A DNA stretch of 64,000 nt from an uncultured Bacteroides sp. GTDB lineage: Bacteria > Bacteroidota > Bacteroidia > Bacteroidales > Muribaculaceae. Location of the stretch: assembly GCA_964397235.1 (NCBI GenBank), contig CAYNHP010000001.1, forward strand, positions 12,495 through 76,494. Direction: 5' to 3'. A program made the position numbers and the translations under genes. This document shows positions 37,247 through 46,656 of the stretch, in pieces (within the stretch, counting starts at the first letter, position 1; each line of letters starts with the position of its first letter). The notes below the pieces were generated by a model. The model was not told the origin of the DNA, did not search any database, and saw only the letters and a list, made by a program, of their open reading frames with translations.

Positions 37247-38821
37247 TCAGAACGGTACTGAGCCGGTACCGGCTTGATTGAGAAAATCGTCGTTAGGGTT
37301 ATTGGCCGGGTTAAAGGCTTCCAGATCGGCAATCTTGGCAGGATCCGGGGGTATTGCACCCGCTCCATTGTCGCTGGAAGGACGCATGTTGAAGTCGGAT
37401 GCCGAGGTCTGGGAGTCGTCCCAGTTCTCGAAGCGGACATATTCGTGGCGGAATCGCATCTTGACGTCGCCGGTGGCGCCCGAGCGGTGTTTTGCGATTA
37501 TGAATTCCGCCAGGCCCTCCTGAACGTTACCGTCGGAGTCCTCTTTGCCGCGGGTATAGTACTCGGGGCGGTGGATGAAGCATACGATGTCGGCGTCCTG
37601 TTCGATGGCGCCCGACTCGCGGAGGTCGGAGAGCTGGGGGCGTTTGTCCTTATTGCCGCGGTCCTCGAGTTTTCGGTTGAGCTGCGACAGGGCGATGACA
37701 GGAATCGAAAGTTCGCGCGCCAACTGTTTGAGGTTACGCGAAATGGTGCTCACTTCCTGTTCGCGGGATCCCATCTGTACGCCGGCGGTCATGAGCTGGA
37801 GGTAGTCGATGATGATTAGTTTCACGCCGTGCTCGCGAACCAGACGTCTGGCCTTGGTGCGGAGTTCAAGCATCGAAAGGCTGGAGGTATCGTCGATAAA
37901 GAATGGTATGCCGTTGAGTTTTTGGAGGCGGTTGAACATCAGGCTATATTCCTGCGAGCTCAGCGAGCCGGAACGAATTTTGTTGCCGGGAACTTCGCAT
38001 GCGTTGGAAATCAAACGGTTGACCAACTGCACGCGACTCATTTCGAGGGAGAACACGGCCACGGGGTCGTTGTGAAGAGCTATATTGAGAGCCATTGACA
38101 GCACGAAGGCCGTCTTACCCATAGCCGGACGGGCGGCGATGATGATGAGGTCGGACTTCTGCCAGCCGGAAGTCACCTTGTCCAGTGCATGGAAGCCGGT
38201 TCCCAAGCCGCTGAGGCCGGAGTCCTGGCGGGTAGCGTTCTGCATCTGCTCTATGGCCATGGCGATGACGGGGTCGATCTGGACCACATCCTGCTTGAGG
38301 TTGCGCTGGGAGATATCGAAGAGGTTCTTTTCGGCTTCCTGGAGGAGGTCGTCGACGTCGTTGCTTTCGTCGAAGGCCCCTTCCTCCACGCGTGAGGCAA
38401 ATGTGATGAGTTGGCGTGCCAGGTGCTTCTGGGCCACGATTTTGGCGTGGAATTCTATGTGTGCGGCGGAGGCCACGTTTGCCGTGAGACCGGCCACGAA
38501 GGCCGGGCCGCCTATTTCCTCGAGCGTACCGTTGAGGCGCAGGCGGTTGGTGACGGTGATCATGTCGATTGGCTCCTGGGCGACACCGAGGCCGAGGATG
38601 GCTTCGTACACCCGTCGGTGCTTGGGCTCGTAGAATGAGTCGGGGGTCAGGAGCTCGTTCACCTGCATGAAGGCGTCCTTTTCGAGCATGAGTGCACCGA
38701 GCACAGCGGCTTCAACCTCCACCGCGCGAGGCACCAGGCGGCCGCCGGGAAGGTCGGCCGGCTGTTGGGTTTCGTTTTTGCGCGGATAGCGGTTATTGCG
38801 TGTCTGAGTGGGTGCGGGCAT
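37247..38821 (-). CDS. dnaB: Replicative DNA helicase
   Basis: AARPAMGKT, FSLEMS, IDYLQLM, ALSQLNR, DLRESGAIEQDAD, AKHRSG. Confidence 0.98.
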   Translation of the reverse strand: MPAPTQTRNNRYPRKNETQQPADLPGGRLVPRAVEVEAAVLGALMLEKDAFMQVNELLTPDSFYEPKHRRVYEAILGLGVAQEPIDMITVTNRLRLNGTLEEIGGPAFVAGLTANVASAAHIEFHAKIVAQKHLARQLITFASRVEEGAFDESNDVDDLLQEAEKNLFDISQRNLKQDVVQIDPVIAMAIEQMQNATRQDSGLSGLGTGFHALDKVTSGWQKSDLIIIAARPAMGKTAFVLSMALNIALHNDPVAVFSLEMSRVQLVNRLISNACEVPGNKIRSGSLSSQEYSLMFNRLQKLNGIPFFIDDTSSLSMLELRTKARRLVREHGVKLIIIDYLQLMTAGVQMGSREQEVSTISRNLKQLARELSIPVIALSQLNRKLEDRGNKDKRPQLSDLRESGAIEQDADIVCFIHRPEYYTRGKEDSDGNVQEGLAEFIIAKHRSGATGDVKMRFRHEYVRFENWDDSQTSASDFNMRPSSDNGAGAIPPDPAKIADLEAFNPANNPNDDFLNQAGTGSVPF

Positions 38822-38823
38822 AG

Positions 38824-39429
38824 TTAACGTGCGTTTTTGATAAAGGTTTCAGTAGGTACGAAGTAGAATTCAACGCGGCGGTTGGCTGCGCGGTTGCTAA
38901 TGGATGTGTTGGCTTTGAGAGGCTCGTCGGAGCCCAGGCCGTAGGGGATCATACCGGTGTCGGTGCTCCCGTTGTGGTTGTAGAAGTAGTCGTCGATGGC
39001 GTTTGCGCGCTCGGAGGTAAGACGGTCGCGATATGTCTCGTCGCCGGTGTCGTCGGAGTGTACGGCCAGGATGGTCTTGAAGTTTGCCGACTCCTTGATG
39101 TAGGGGTTGAGGCTGCGCAGCTTCTGGGGCGCGTCCGGCAGCAGGGTTGTGCTGTTGGGGGCGAACAGGTCGGCGCAGGGGATGGTAACCATGATGACCT
39201 CGCCCGAGCGTACGGCCTCCACCTGATATCCGGCGTGCTTGAGTGCTTTGGCCACTGAGCTCATCGCCTTGGCAATGGTGGCGGAGTGCTTCGAGGGTAC
39301 GGCCGGGTGCTTGATGTTGGCTTCTATGTCGGCGCCCATGGGGTCGAAGTCGCCGGCTTTCTGGCCGAAGAGGTCCGCACACAGGCTCAGCATCGCCGCC
39401 GCAAGGAGTATTCGCAGAGAGAGGTTCAT
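38824..39429 (-). CDS. OmpA-family protein
   Basis: Signal peptide from ATG 39429; HSDDTG...LTSERA, ANRRVEF. Confidence 0.85.
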   Translation of the reverse strand: MNLSLRILLAAAMLSLCADLFGQKAGDFDPMGADIEANIKHPAVPSKHSATIAKAMSSVAKALKHAGYQVEAVRSGEVIMVTIPCADLFAPNSTTLLPDAPQKLRSLNPYIKESANFKTILAVHSDDTGDETYRDRLTSERANAIDDYFYNHNGSTDTGMIPYGLGSDEPLKANTSISNRAANRRVEFYFVPTETFIKNAR

Positions 39430-39433
39430 GGGC

Positions 39434-39736
39434 TCAGGAGAGTGAAAATTCGTAATCAATCTCGGCGCGGACTGCCGCAAGGATGTCCTCGCGGGTGAAA
39501 TCCTTTGCCGCGGAGTTTTTGCGCACATGGCGACTGATGAAGTCCACCATGGCTTCGAGGTCGGTGGCGTCGTCTTCAACGTCATCGTCGTCAAGGTCGA
39601 TTTCGAGTTCGCCGTTGTCGTCGTAGTAATCATATATGAGGTCCAGCACTTCCAGGAGAGCATCCTCATTGCGAAGATTCTCGGGCAGGGCGGCGCTCAT
39701 GGCCTTGATGGCCTCGTTTTCGTCGAATTCTTTCAT
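39434..39736 (-). CDS. Small acidic hypothetical protein
   Basis: In operon with rimM; typical codon usage; LDLIYDYYDDNG motif. Confidence 0.75.
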   Translation of the reverse strand: MKEFDENEAIKAMSAALPENLRNEDALLEVLDLIYDYYDDNGELEIDLDDDDVEDDATDLEAMVDFISRHVRKNSAAKDFTREDILAAVRAEIDYEFSLS

Positions 39737-39790
39737 ATATTGTTTAAGTTTCGCTTCGCTAACTTAAAATTGATTGTTAATGTTTGAAGT

Positions 39791-40318
39791 TCAGAGGTCA
39801 ATGATGCCCTCGGGGAGGTTGAAGATTACCTTTTTATCGTCCTCGGAGAACTCGGTTATGAGGTCGTCGGCAGCCGGGACGAGGAATTCGCGGCCATCGG
39901 GGGCGGTGATGGTGAAGAGGACGTTGTCGGTAGTATCATCGTAACCGGAGATGGTTCCCAGGAGGACCGGCCCGTCGAAGGCGCTGAAACCGATCATATC
40001 CGAGAGGTAGAACACGTCGTCGTCGGAGTTGCCGAAGTCCTCGGGCAGTTGAGAAGCTTCAACCATCAACTCCTTGCCGACCAGCGCCTTGGCCTTTTCC
40101 TCAGTGTCGATGCCGCGGAGCATCAGCAGGCTGTTGTCGCGCTTGGGGCGACAAGAAAGGATGCGGAAGGGCACCATCAGGCCGTCGAGCTCGATGAACA
40201 CGTACTCGAGGCTGCTAAGTGGGACTTCCTCGTAGTCGGCAACGGCCTCGAGCTCGCCCTTGTAGCCGTGGAGCTTCACAATGGCCCCAACGACCGTCAG
40301 TTCATCCGCAGGCTTCAT
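39791..40318 (-). CDS. rimM: Ribosome maturation factor RimM
   Basis: VGAIVKLHGYKGEL, DGLMVPF, NLPEGIIDL. Confidence 0.92.
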   Translation of the reverse strand: MKPADELTVVGAIVKLHGYKGELEAVADYEEVPLSSLEYVFIELDGLMVPFRILSCRPKRDNSLLMLRGIDTEEKAKALVGKELMVEASQLPEDFGNSDDDVFYLSDMIGFSAFDGPVLLGTISGYDDTTDNVLFTITAPDGREFLVPAADDLITEFSEDDKKVIFNLPEGIIDL

Positions 40319-40914
40319 TTCTTCTTTTTCTTGTTGTTGGAGCGCCCTGAGGGGGTAGGCGCATGCTTATAGTCGTTCAGGCGGGTTGTGTTAGGGTCGA
40401 GGTAGATGCGGCCCTTGGACAGGATGTTTATGTCGTTGCAGATTCGGCCGTCGTCGTAAAAGTCTTTGTTCTCAGCCAGTAGAGTTTTCTTCATGTGGTT
40501 GGCCGTGAGCATAATGAGCGCTTCGCGTTCCTCGCCGGGCTCCATGGCGCAGGCCTCTTCGATGAGACGGTGAGTCAGCAGGCCGTAGTGGCGGAAGGGG
40601 AAGTTCGAGGGAAGAGCCAGAGGAATTGGTCCGGGACGGTCGGCGAACACTTCGGGGTGGACATACTCGTAGGGCGAGTCAATGTCCAGGCTGAAGTTGC
40701 TCATAATCATGAGGTGGTCCCAGAGCTTGCGGTTATGCTCTTCGCGGTCGCCCTGCGAGGGCACCAGTGCGCGCATGGCGTCCACGATGGTGCGGGCGCA
40801 TAGGTTGCGCTGTTCGCGGTCCTCCAGCGTGCAGCAATAGTCCACCATATTCTGGATGTTCCGCCCGTACTCGGGCAGAACGAGGGGTCTCATATCGTTG
40901 GTATATTTCTCCAT
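40315..40914 (-). CDS. DUF4290-family protein
   Basis: LPEYGRNIQNMVDYC, KLWDHLMIMSNFSLDIDSPY, FRHYG. Confidence 0.88.
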   Translation of the reverse strand: MEKYTNDMRPLVLPEYGRNIQNMVDYCCTLEDREQRNLCARTIVDAMRALVPSQGDREEHNRKLWDHLMIMSNFSLDIDSPYEYVHPEVFADRPGPIPLALPSNFPFRHYGLLTHRLIEEACAMEPGEEREALIMLTANHMKKTLLAENKDFYDDGRICNDINILSKGRIYLDPNTTRLNDYKHAPTPSGRSNNKKKKK

Positions 40915-41122
40915 TTTATGCCTTGGTCAATCAATCCACAAAGTTACGCCAAAAATCTCAAACCACCAAACTCAAATGCCGGCGCCGGTTTGAAAACGAG
41001 GTGTGTCAAAATTATTCTCGTTGAATTTTCGAAAATTCGGGAAAACGGCAGCTGTGAAATATTTAATAAACTTTAAGAATTAAAGATGTTTACAACGCCC
41101 GACCGATGAGTATCTTTGCAGT

Positions 41123-41866
41123 ATGAAAGCAAGTTTTTATTTTGTACTTTGGATAATTGTCTATCCGCTGTTGGGACTCATCCCGTCACAGTTCGTTCAC
41201 GACTACAGTTTTTTCGCAGCCTGCTTCATCGTGTGGGGTCTGGCCGCGGTGCTTAACCACCTGTTCGGCAACACCTTCGCCTATGCGCGGACCGTCCAGA
41301 TGATGCCGGTGCTTGAAGAGGTGTACACCTCCAATGTCGAGGCCTTCCGCAAGCGCCTCACACGCGAGGTTGTCATCGCCATAGTGACCTCGCTCTACTT
41401 CTGCGTGACCACGGCAATCATAGTGACAGCCGCGTTTACAGGTCAGAGCGGAGGGTTCCTTGAGCTGGTTATCTTCGGGGCATTCACCATTGCGATGCTC
41501 GGCAGCTCGGTGAAGCTGTTCAAGGCATGGCAGTCGCTCAAGGCCAATCCCACCAAGGACACCTGCGAGACCATCGCCATGTACACCATGCGGTTGCCAT
41601 ACGAAGAGTACAGCCAGGCCCGCTTCGATCACTCCTACGACGAAATGTTCCCGCCGCGCCCGCACTACTACTCGGTCTATATCGTTTTTTCGGTGCTTTT
41701 CTCCGTGGCAGCCGTGGTACTCGGTCTGATTTTCATGGTGCTCGGAATAATCATCTTCTTCGGCAGCTCCGGTGTAGAAGCAGGCTCCGTTGCCGGCATG
41801 TACTTGCTCTACGGTGCCCTGGCGCTCTATTACGGCGTGCGCGACCTCGTGACCAAAGAGCGCTGA
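41123..41866 (+). CDS. Hypothetical membrane protein (~6 TM)
   Basis: 247-aa ORF with hydrophobic segments; TATCTTTG promoter at 41111-41118. Confidence 0.75.
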   Translation: MKASFYFVLWIIVYPLLGLIPSQFVHDYSFFAACFIVWGLAAVLNHLFGNTFAYARTVQMMPVLEEVYTSNVEAFRKRLTREVVIAIVTSLYFCVTTAIIVTAAFTGQSGGFLELVIFGAFTIAMLGSSVKLFKAWQSLKANPTKDTCETIAMYTMRLPYEEYSQARFDHSYDEMFPPRPHYYSVYIVFSVLFSVAAVVLGLIFMVLGIIIFFGSSGVEAGSVAGMYLLYGALALYYGVRDLVTKER

Positions 41867-42008
41867 AGATGTGCGAAAATTTTTCCGGCAGAGTGGGGTG
41901 GAGTGGAGGAATTTTCGTAAATTTGCAAATTAATTAACCTGCTTCGGCCACAGGATGTATCCGCGTGTATTTACTTGTGGTCTGGCGCAGCGAAAATAAG
42001 AAAGAACA

Positions 42009-42698
42009 ATGATAGACCTTCTCATACCGCTAAGCATCACCGACTACCTCAACGCGAGCTTTTTCTTTGACTGGTTCGTTCAGAACGCCAACTACTGGTT
42101 TGTGTTCATCTTCATGGTAGTTGAGAGTTCGTTCATACCCTTTCCGTCGGAGGTGGTAGTGCCACCGGCAGCCTACCTGGCTATGCAGAAGGGCGACATG
42201 AACATCTTCCTTGTAGTGCTGGTGGCAACCGCCGGCGCGCTCGTTGGTGCGACGATCAACTACCTGCTCTCACTGTGGGTGGGACGTCCGCTGGTCTACG
42301 CCTTCGCCAACTCGCGCCTGGGCCATGCCTGCCTGATTGACAAGGCCAAGGTTGAAAAGGCCGAACGCTACTTCGACGAGCACGGAGCCGCAAGCACATT
42401 CATCGGGCGCCTGATTCCGGCGGTGCGTCAGCTCATTTCCATTCCCGCCGGTATCGCCCGCATGAACTTCGGCATCTTTGCGCTCTTCACCGCCCTGGGC
42501 GCGCTGGTGTGGAACGCTATCCTTGCCCTGCTCGGATGGTGGCTGGCCCGGACTGTCAGCATCGGGCAGCTCTACGAGGCTGTGGAGAAGTACAACAGCT
42601 ATCTCACGATAGGCGGTATTGTCCTGCTGGTGCTCTGCATCGCTTATATTATTTACAACGCTTTTAAGCCTAAAACCGACTCCAAGACCAAACAATGA
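42009..42698 (+). CDS. DedA-family membrane protein
   Basis: ESSFIPFPSEVVVPPAAY, FIGRLIPAVRQLISIPAG. Confidence 0.95.
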   Translation: MIDLLIPLSITDYLNASFFFDWFVQNANYWFVFIFMVVESSFIPFPSEVVVPPAAYLAMQKGDMNIFLVVLVATAGALVGATINYLLSLWVGRPLVYAFANSRLGHACLIDKAKVEKAERYFDEHGAASTFIGRLIPAVRQLISIPAGIARMNFGIFALFTALGALVWNAILALLGWWLARTVSIGQLYEAVEKYNSYLTIGGIVLLVLCIAYIIYNAFKPKTDSKTKQ

Positions 42699-43345
42699 TA
42701 GTATCTCCCTCTCTGCTGAGCGCCGATTTCGGGTGCCTCAAAGATTCCCTCCGCATGCTCGACGAAAGTCGCGCCGACTGGCTCCACTGCGATGTGATGG
42801 ACGGCGTATTCGTGCCCAATATTTCCTTCGGTTTTCCCGTTATCGAAGCCGTGGCCAAGCTTAGTCCCAAGCCTCTTGACGTACACCTGATGATTGTTGA
42901 CCCGGACCGCTACATCGGCCGTGTCCGTGACCTCGGAGCTATGTTCATGAATGTCCACGCCGAAGCCTGTACCCATCTCCACCGTTCCATCCAGGCCATC
43001 AAGGCCGCAGGAATGAAGGCTGCCGTGACGCTGAATCCCGCCACTCCCGTGGTGATGCTGGAGGATGTCATCGCCGACCTGGACATGGTTCTGCTGATGA
43101 GTGTCAATCCCGGTTTCGGAGGCCAATCGTTCATCCCCGGTACGCTGGCCAAGATCCGCCGGCTGCGCGAACTCATCACAGTCAGCGGTTCGTCGGCACT
43201 GATTGAAGTTGACGGCGGCATCAATGCCACCACCGGTGCTCAATGTGCCCAGGCCGGAGCCAACGCCCTTGTGGCCGGCAGCGCAATCTTCAACGCGCCG
43301 AACCCCAAAGAAGTAATTGAAACTCTTTCAAGTTTAGCAAGCTAA
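42695..43345 (+). CDS. rpe: Ribulose-phosphate 3-epimerase
   Basis: SPSLLSADF, HCDVMDGVFVPNISFG, MSVNPGFGGQ, EVDGG. Confidence 0.97.
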   Translation: MIVSPSLLSADFGCLKDSLRMLDESRADWLHCDVMDGVFVPNISFGFPVIEAVAKLSPKPLDVHLMIVDPDRYIGRVRDLGAMFMNVHAEACTHLHRSIQAIKAAGMKAAVTLNPATPVVMLEDVIADLDMVLLMSVNPGFGGQSFIPGTLAKIRRLRELITVSGSSALIEVDGGINATTGAQCAQAGANALVAGSAIFNAPNPKEVIETLSSLAS

Positions 43346-43852
43346 ACTTGAAGTTTAGGGGTTTACAGGTTTATTGGTTTAAACTGAATATCGATTTTCT
43401 ATGGAAACAGAACTGTTCTCGTTTGAGAAATTGGAAGTTTATCAACTTTCGCGCAGGCTCATTAAAGATGTGTATGGCGTCATAGATCAACTTCCTCAAT
43501 GTGAAAAATTCGCTTTGGGTCAACAGCTTCAGAGATCTATTGTTTCTGTTGCTTCTAATATAGCAGAAGGTGGAGGGAGAATCTCCTATGATGATAAAAT
43601 CCGATTCATAGAGTTCTCTTATGGTTCTCTCTTGGAAGCCTACTGCCAGATGCAACTTTGTAATGACTTAGGCTATATTTCCGAAGATAGGTTTAAAGGG
43701 TTTAAGCCACAATTCTTTGCCATTTCAAAACTTTTGAAAGGACTTAAGCAAAGTTATTGGCTTAAGATTCAAAGTAAGTAAACTTTAAACCCAAACTTAC
43801 AATTAAACCTTTAAACACATAAACTAATAAACTTGAGTTGCGCTTGCGCAAC
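43327..43852 (+). mobile_element. Candidate four-helix-bundle cassette with inverted tandem-repeat arms
   Basis: Left 12-bp palindrome plus 4x GTTTA (period 8); right 4x TAAAC (period 8) plus a hairpin; AT-rich gene between rpe and ftsK. Confidence 0.55.
43401..43781 (+). CDS. Four helix bundle protein (23S rRNA IVS / Avd-like family)
   Basis: FSFEKLEVYQ, EKFALGQQLQRSIVSVASNIAEG, SYGSLLE. Confidence 0.93.
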   Translation: METELFSFEKLEVYQLSRRLIKDVYGVIDQLPQCEKFALGQQLQRSIVSVASNIAEGGGRISYDDKIRFIEFSYGSLLEAYCQMQLCNDLGYISEDRFKGFKPQFFAISKLLKGLKQSYWLKIQSK

Positions 43853-43865
43853 GAAAATATATCAC

Positions 43866-46550
43866 ATGGACGAAATTTTTACTGAACAAGAACCTGAAGT
43901 GGAAAGTTTCGGCGAGGAGCTGGACCGCCGCATGGCCGCCGAGGAACGGCGCCGTGGGGTGCGCCGTCAGCCCGAGGCCGAAGGTGACACGCCGCGCCAA
44001 CGACGCAAGCCTGTTCAGGACCCGACCGGTCCGTCGAACCACCGTCGCCGTCCGGCAAAAGCCAAGGAGCCGAAGTATACTTTCATCGACTTTCTGCGTG
44101 ACGAGCGATTCCACTACGGTGTCGGCATCTTCATATGCTTCGTGGCAATAGTCACGGCTGTGTGTGCCTTCTCATTTATATATAGCACGCATGCCGACCA
44201 AAGCCTGACCCTGAACAAGACAGTAGCTGAAGTGGCCGCAGCGGCAGCAGAATCCGGCGAGACCATCGAGAACACCGGTGGAGCCTTCGGCGCAAAGCTT
44301 GGGCAGTGGTTGATGGTGGACTCTTTCGGCATAGGATCATTCGTCTTCGCAATCTACCTCTTCCTGGTTGGATTGGCCATCATGAAGGTCAAACGAATTT
44401 CTTTCTGGACCTTGACATTCCGGTGCCTGTTCACCATGGTAGCCGGTTCGGTGATACTCGGTTTCTTCACTTACAACCGCGCGGCTTATTTCGACCTCGG
44501 GGGTAGTCACGGCAGATATGCCAACGAGCTTCTGCTTTACTACTCCGACTGGATCGGTGCCTTCGGAGTGAGCCTGTTGCTGTTAGGTCTGCTCATAGCC
44601 ACCTACTTCAAGCCGATTAAGTGGTTCTGCGTCAAGATGGGCGGTATGCTCCGCAGGCCTAAGACCCCGGAACCTGAAGAAGAGTCGGAAGAAACTACCG
44701 ATGAGGCTCAGGCAGCCTTTGAGGCTATGGCCGGTACAGGGACGGATGAAACGCAGGAGACTACGGGCGCGGAACAACCCGAAGAGACTCCTGTTGAGGC
44801 TGAAGAGCGGCCGGACTTCGTGGTTACCAATGAAGAGATGTCGGCTGCTCCCGACAGTACTCCTGTTGCGGAAACTTCCGACGACCCCGATGCGCTCATG
44901 ACGGAAATCATGCAGCCTACCACCGAGACAGTTATCCCCACCTCCGGAGGCGAGCTGGAGCTGGTCATCACAAACACAACCGAGCCCACATCTCCCGAAA
45001 CTCCCGCCGACGACGAGCCTGTAGAGATTCACGACGGCGACCACCTCGGCCTCGACACAGTCTTCGACCCCCGCGCAACCCATTCGCAGTACGTCAAGCC
45101 GACGCTGGACCTGCTTATCGACCGCCCCAAGGGCGTGGCCACGGATGAGGCCGAGCAGAAGGCCAACATCGACATGATTGTAAATGCTCTCCGCAGCTAT
45201 GGAATTGAAATCCAGCGCATTTCGGCGACTATCGGCCCGACCGTAACCCGCTACGAGATGGTTCCGGCCGAGGGTATCCGTATCGCCAAAATCCGCTCCC
45301 TTGAGGATGATATAGCCATGAACCTCGCGGCGCTCGGCATCCGAATCATCGCCCCGATTCCGGGTAAGAACGCCGTCGGCATCGAGGTGCCCAACCGTAA
45401 ACCTCAGGTAGTGTCCATGCGCGCCATCCTGGAGTCGGACACCTTCCGCAACAACAAGATGAACCTGCCCATGGCGCTCGGTTCGACCATCACCAACGAC
45501 GTGTTCATGGCCGACCTCTGCAAGATGCCCCACCTGCTGGTGGCCGGTGCTACGGGTCAGGGTAAATCCGTAGGCCTCAATGCCATCCTGACGTCGTTAC
45601 TCTACTACAAGCACCCCGATGAACTCAAGCTCGTGCTCATCGACCCCAAGATGGTAGAATTTTCCCTCTACGAAAGCATCGCCCCGCAGTTCATGGCCCG
45701 CTTGGTGGACGAGGATAAGAGTGTAATCACCGACCCCGACATAGCCCTGAAGACGCTGGCGTCGCTCTGCGAAGAGATGGAAAGCCGCTACCGCCTCCTC
45801 ACCGAGGCCAAGGTGCGCGTAATCGAGGACTACAACGAGCGCTTCATCCAGCGCCGCCTCAACCCCGAGAAAGGTCACCGCTACCTGCCTTACATCGTGG
45901 TGGTTGTCGACGAGTTTGCCGACTTGGTGCAGAGCGCCGGCAAGGAAATTTACGCCTATATTGCCAAAATCGTGGCAAAAGCCCGTGCCGTTGGTATCCA
46001 TATGATTCTGGCGACCCAGCGCCCGTCGACCGACGTTATCACCGGTGTGATAAAGTCCAACTTCCCGGCCCGTATCGCCTTCAAGGTTACTCAGAGCGTG
46101 GACTCCAAGACCATCCTCGACCGTCCGGGCGCTCAGCGTCTCATCGGCCGCGGCGACATGCTAATCCTCATCGGCGGCGCTATCGAACGCGTGCAGTGCG
46201 CCTTCGTTGACACCCCCGAAGTGGAAGCCATCTGTGGCCACATCGAGGCCCAGCCCGGATTTGACGAGCCTTACGAGCTGCCCGAACCACCCGCCGAAGG
46301 CGAAGGGGGTGGTGGTGGACCCGTGGACGCTTCCAAAATCAACGACGAGTTCAAAAAGGTGGCGGTTTTCACCGCATCCCAGCAGACAATTTCCATCACG
46401 CTGCTCCAGCGCCAGTTCGAAATCGGCTTCGGCAAAGCCGCGCGCTATGTGGACCAGATGGAGAAGCTCGGCATCGTCGGACCGGCCAACGGCGCCAAGC
46501 CACGCCAGGTGCGCATGACGCCCGACGAGGTAACCCGCATGCTCTCGTGA
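43866..46550 (+). CDS. ftsK: DNA translocase FtsK
   Basis: N-terminal 4 TM segments, PHLLVAGATGQGKS, IDPKMVE, DEFADL, ATQRPS, gamma domain. Confidence 0.97.
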   Translation: MDEIFTEQEPEVESFGEELDRRMAAEERRRGVRRQPEAEGDTPRQRRKPVQDPTGPSNHRRRPAKAKEPKYTFIDFLRDERFHYGVGIFICFVAIVTAVCAFSFIYSTHADQSLTLNKTVAEVAAAAAESGETIENTGGAFGAKLGQWLMVDSFGIGSFVFAIYLFLVGLAIMKVKRISFWTLTFRCLFTMVAGSVILGFFTYNRAAYFDLGGSHGRYANELLLYYSDWIGAFGVSLLLLGLLIATYFKPIKWFCVKMGGMLRRPKTPEPEEESEETTDEAQAAFEAMAGTGTDETQETTGAEQPEETPVEAEERPDFVVTNEEMSAAPDSTPVAETSDDPDALMTEIMQPTTETVIPTSGGELELVITNTTEPTSPETPADDEPVEIHDGDHLGLDTVFDPRATHSQYVKPTLDLLIDRPKGVATDEAEQKANIDMIVNALRSYGIEIQRISATIGPTVTRYEMVPAEGIRIAKIRSLEDDIAMNLAALGIRIIAPIPGKNAVGIEVPNRKPQVVSMRAILESDTFRNNKMNLPMALGSTITNDVFMADLCKMPHLLVAGATGQGKSVGLNAILTSLLYYKHPDELKLVLIDPKMVEFSLYESIAPQFMARLVDEDKSVITDPDIALKTLASLCEEMESRYRLLTEAKVRVIEDYNERFIQRRLNPEKGHRYLPYIVVVVDEFADLVQSAGKEIYAYIAKIVAKARAVGIHMILATQRPSTDVITGVIKSNFPARIAFKVTQSVDSKTILDRPGAQRLIGRGDMLILIGGAIERVQCAFVDTPEVEAICGHIEAQPGFDEPYELPEPPAEGEGGGGGPVDASKINDEFKKVAVFTASQQTISITLLQRQFEIGFGKAARYVDQMEKLGIVGPANGAKPRQVRMTPDEVTRMLS

Positions 46551-46656
46551 ACTCAACCCCGGTCTACGGCGTTTAATTAGTGTCTAAAAAAGCATGGAGG
46601 TGACCTGCTCCTGTCCGCAACAAAATGCCTCCAACATAACCCATCAATCCTGACCG

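Noticed and set aside
38824-39669. 281-aa version of the OmpA ORF
   Set aside because: The N-terminal 80 aa overlap the acidic-protein gene out of frame; the signal peptide begins at 39429.
43401-43781. 23S rRNA intervening sequence
   Set aside because: No rRNA sequence flanks the gene; the neighbours are rpe and ftsK.
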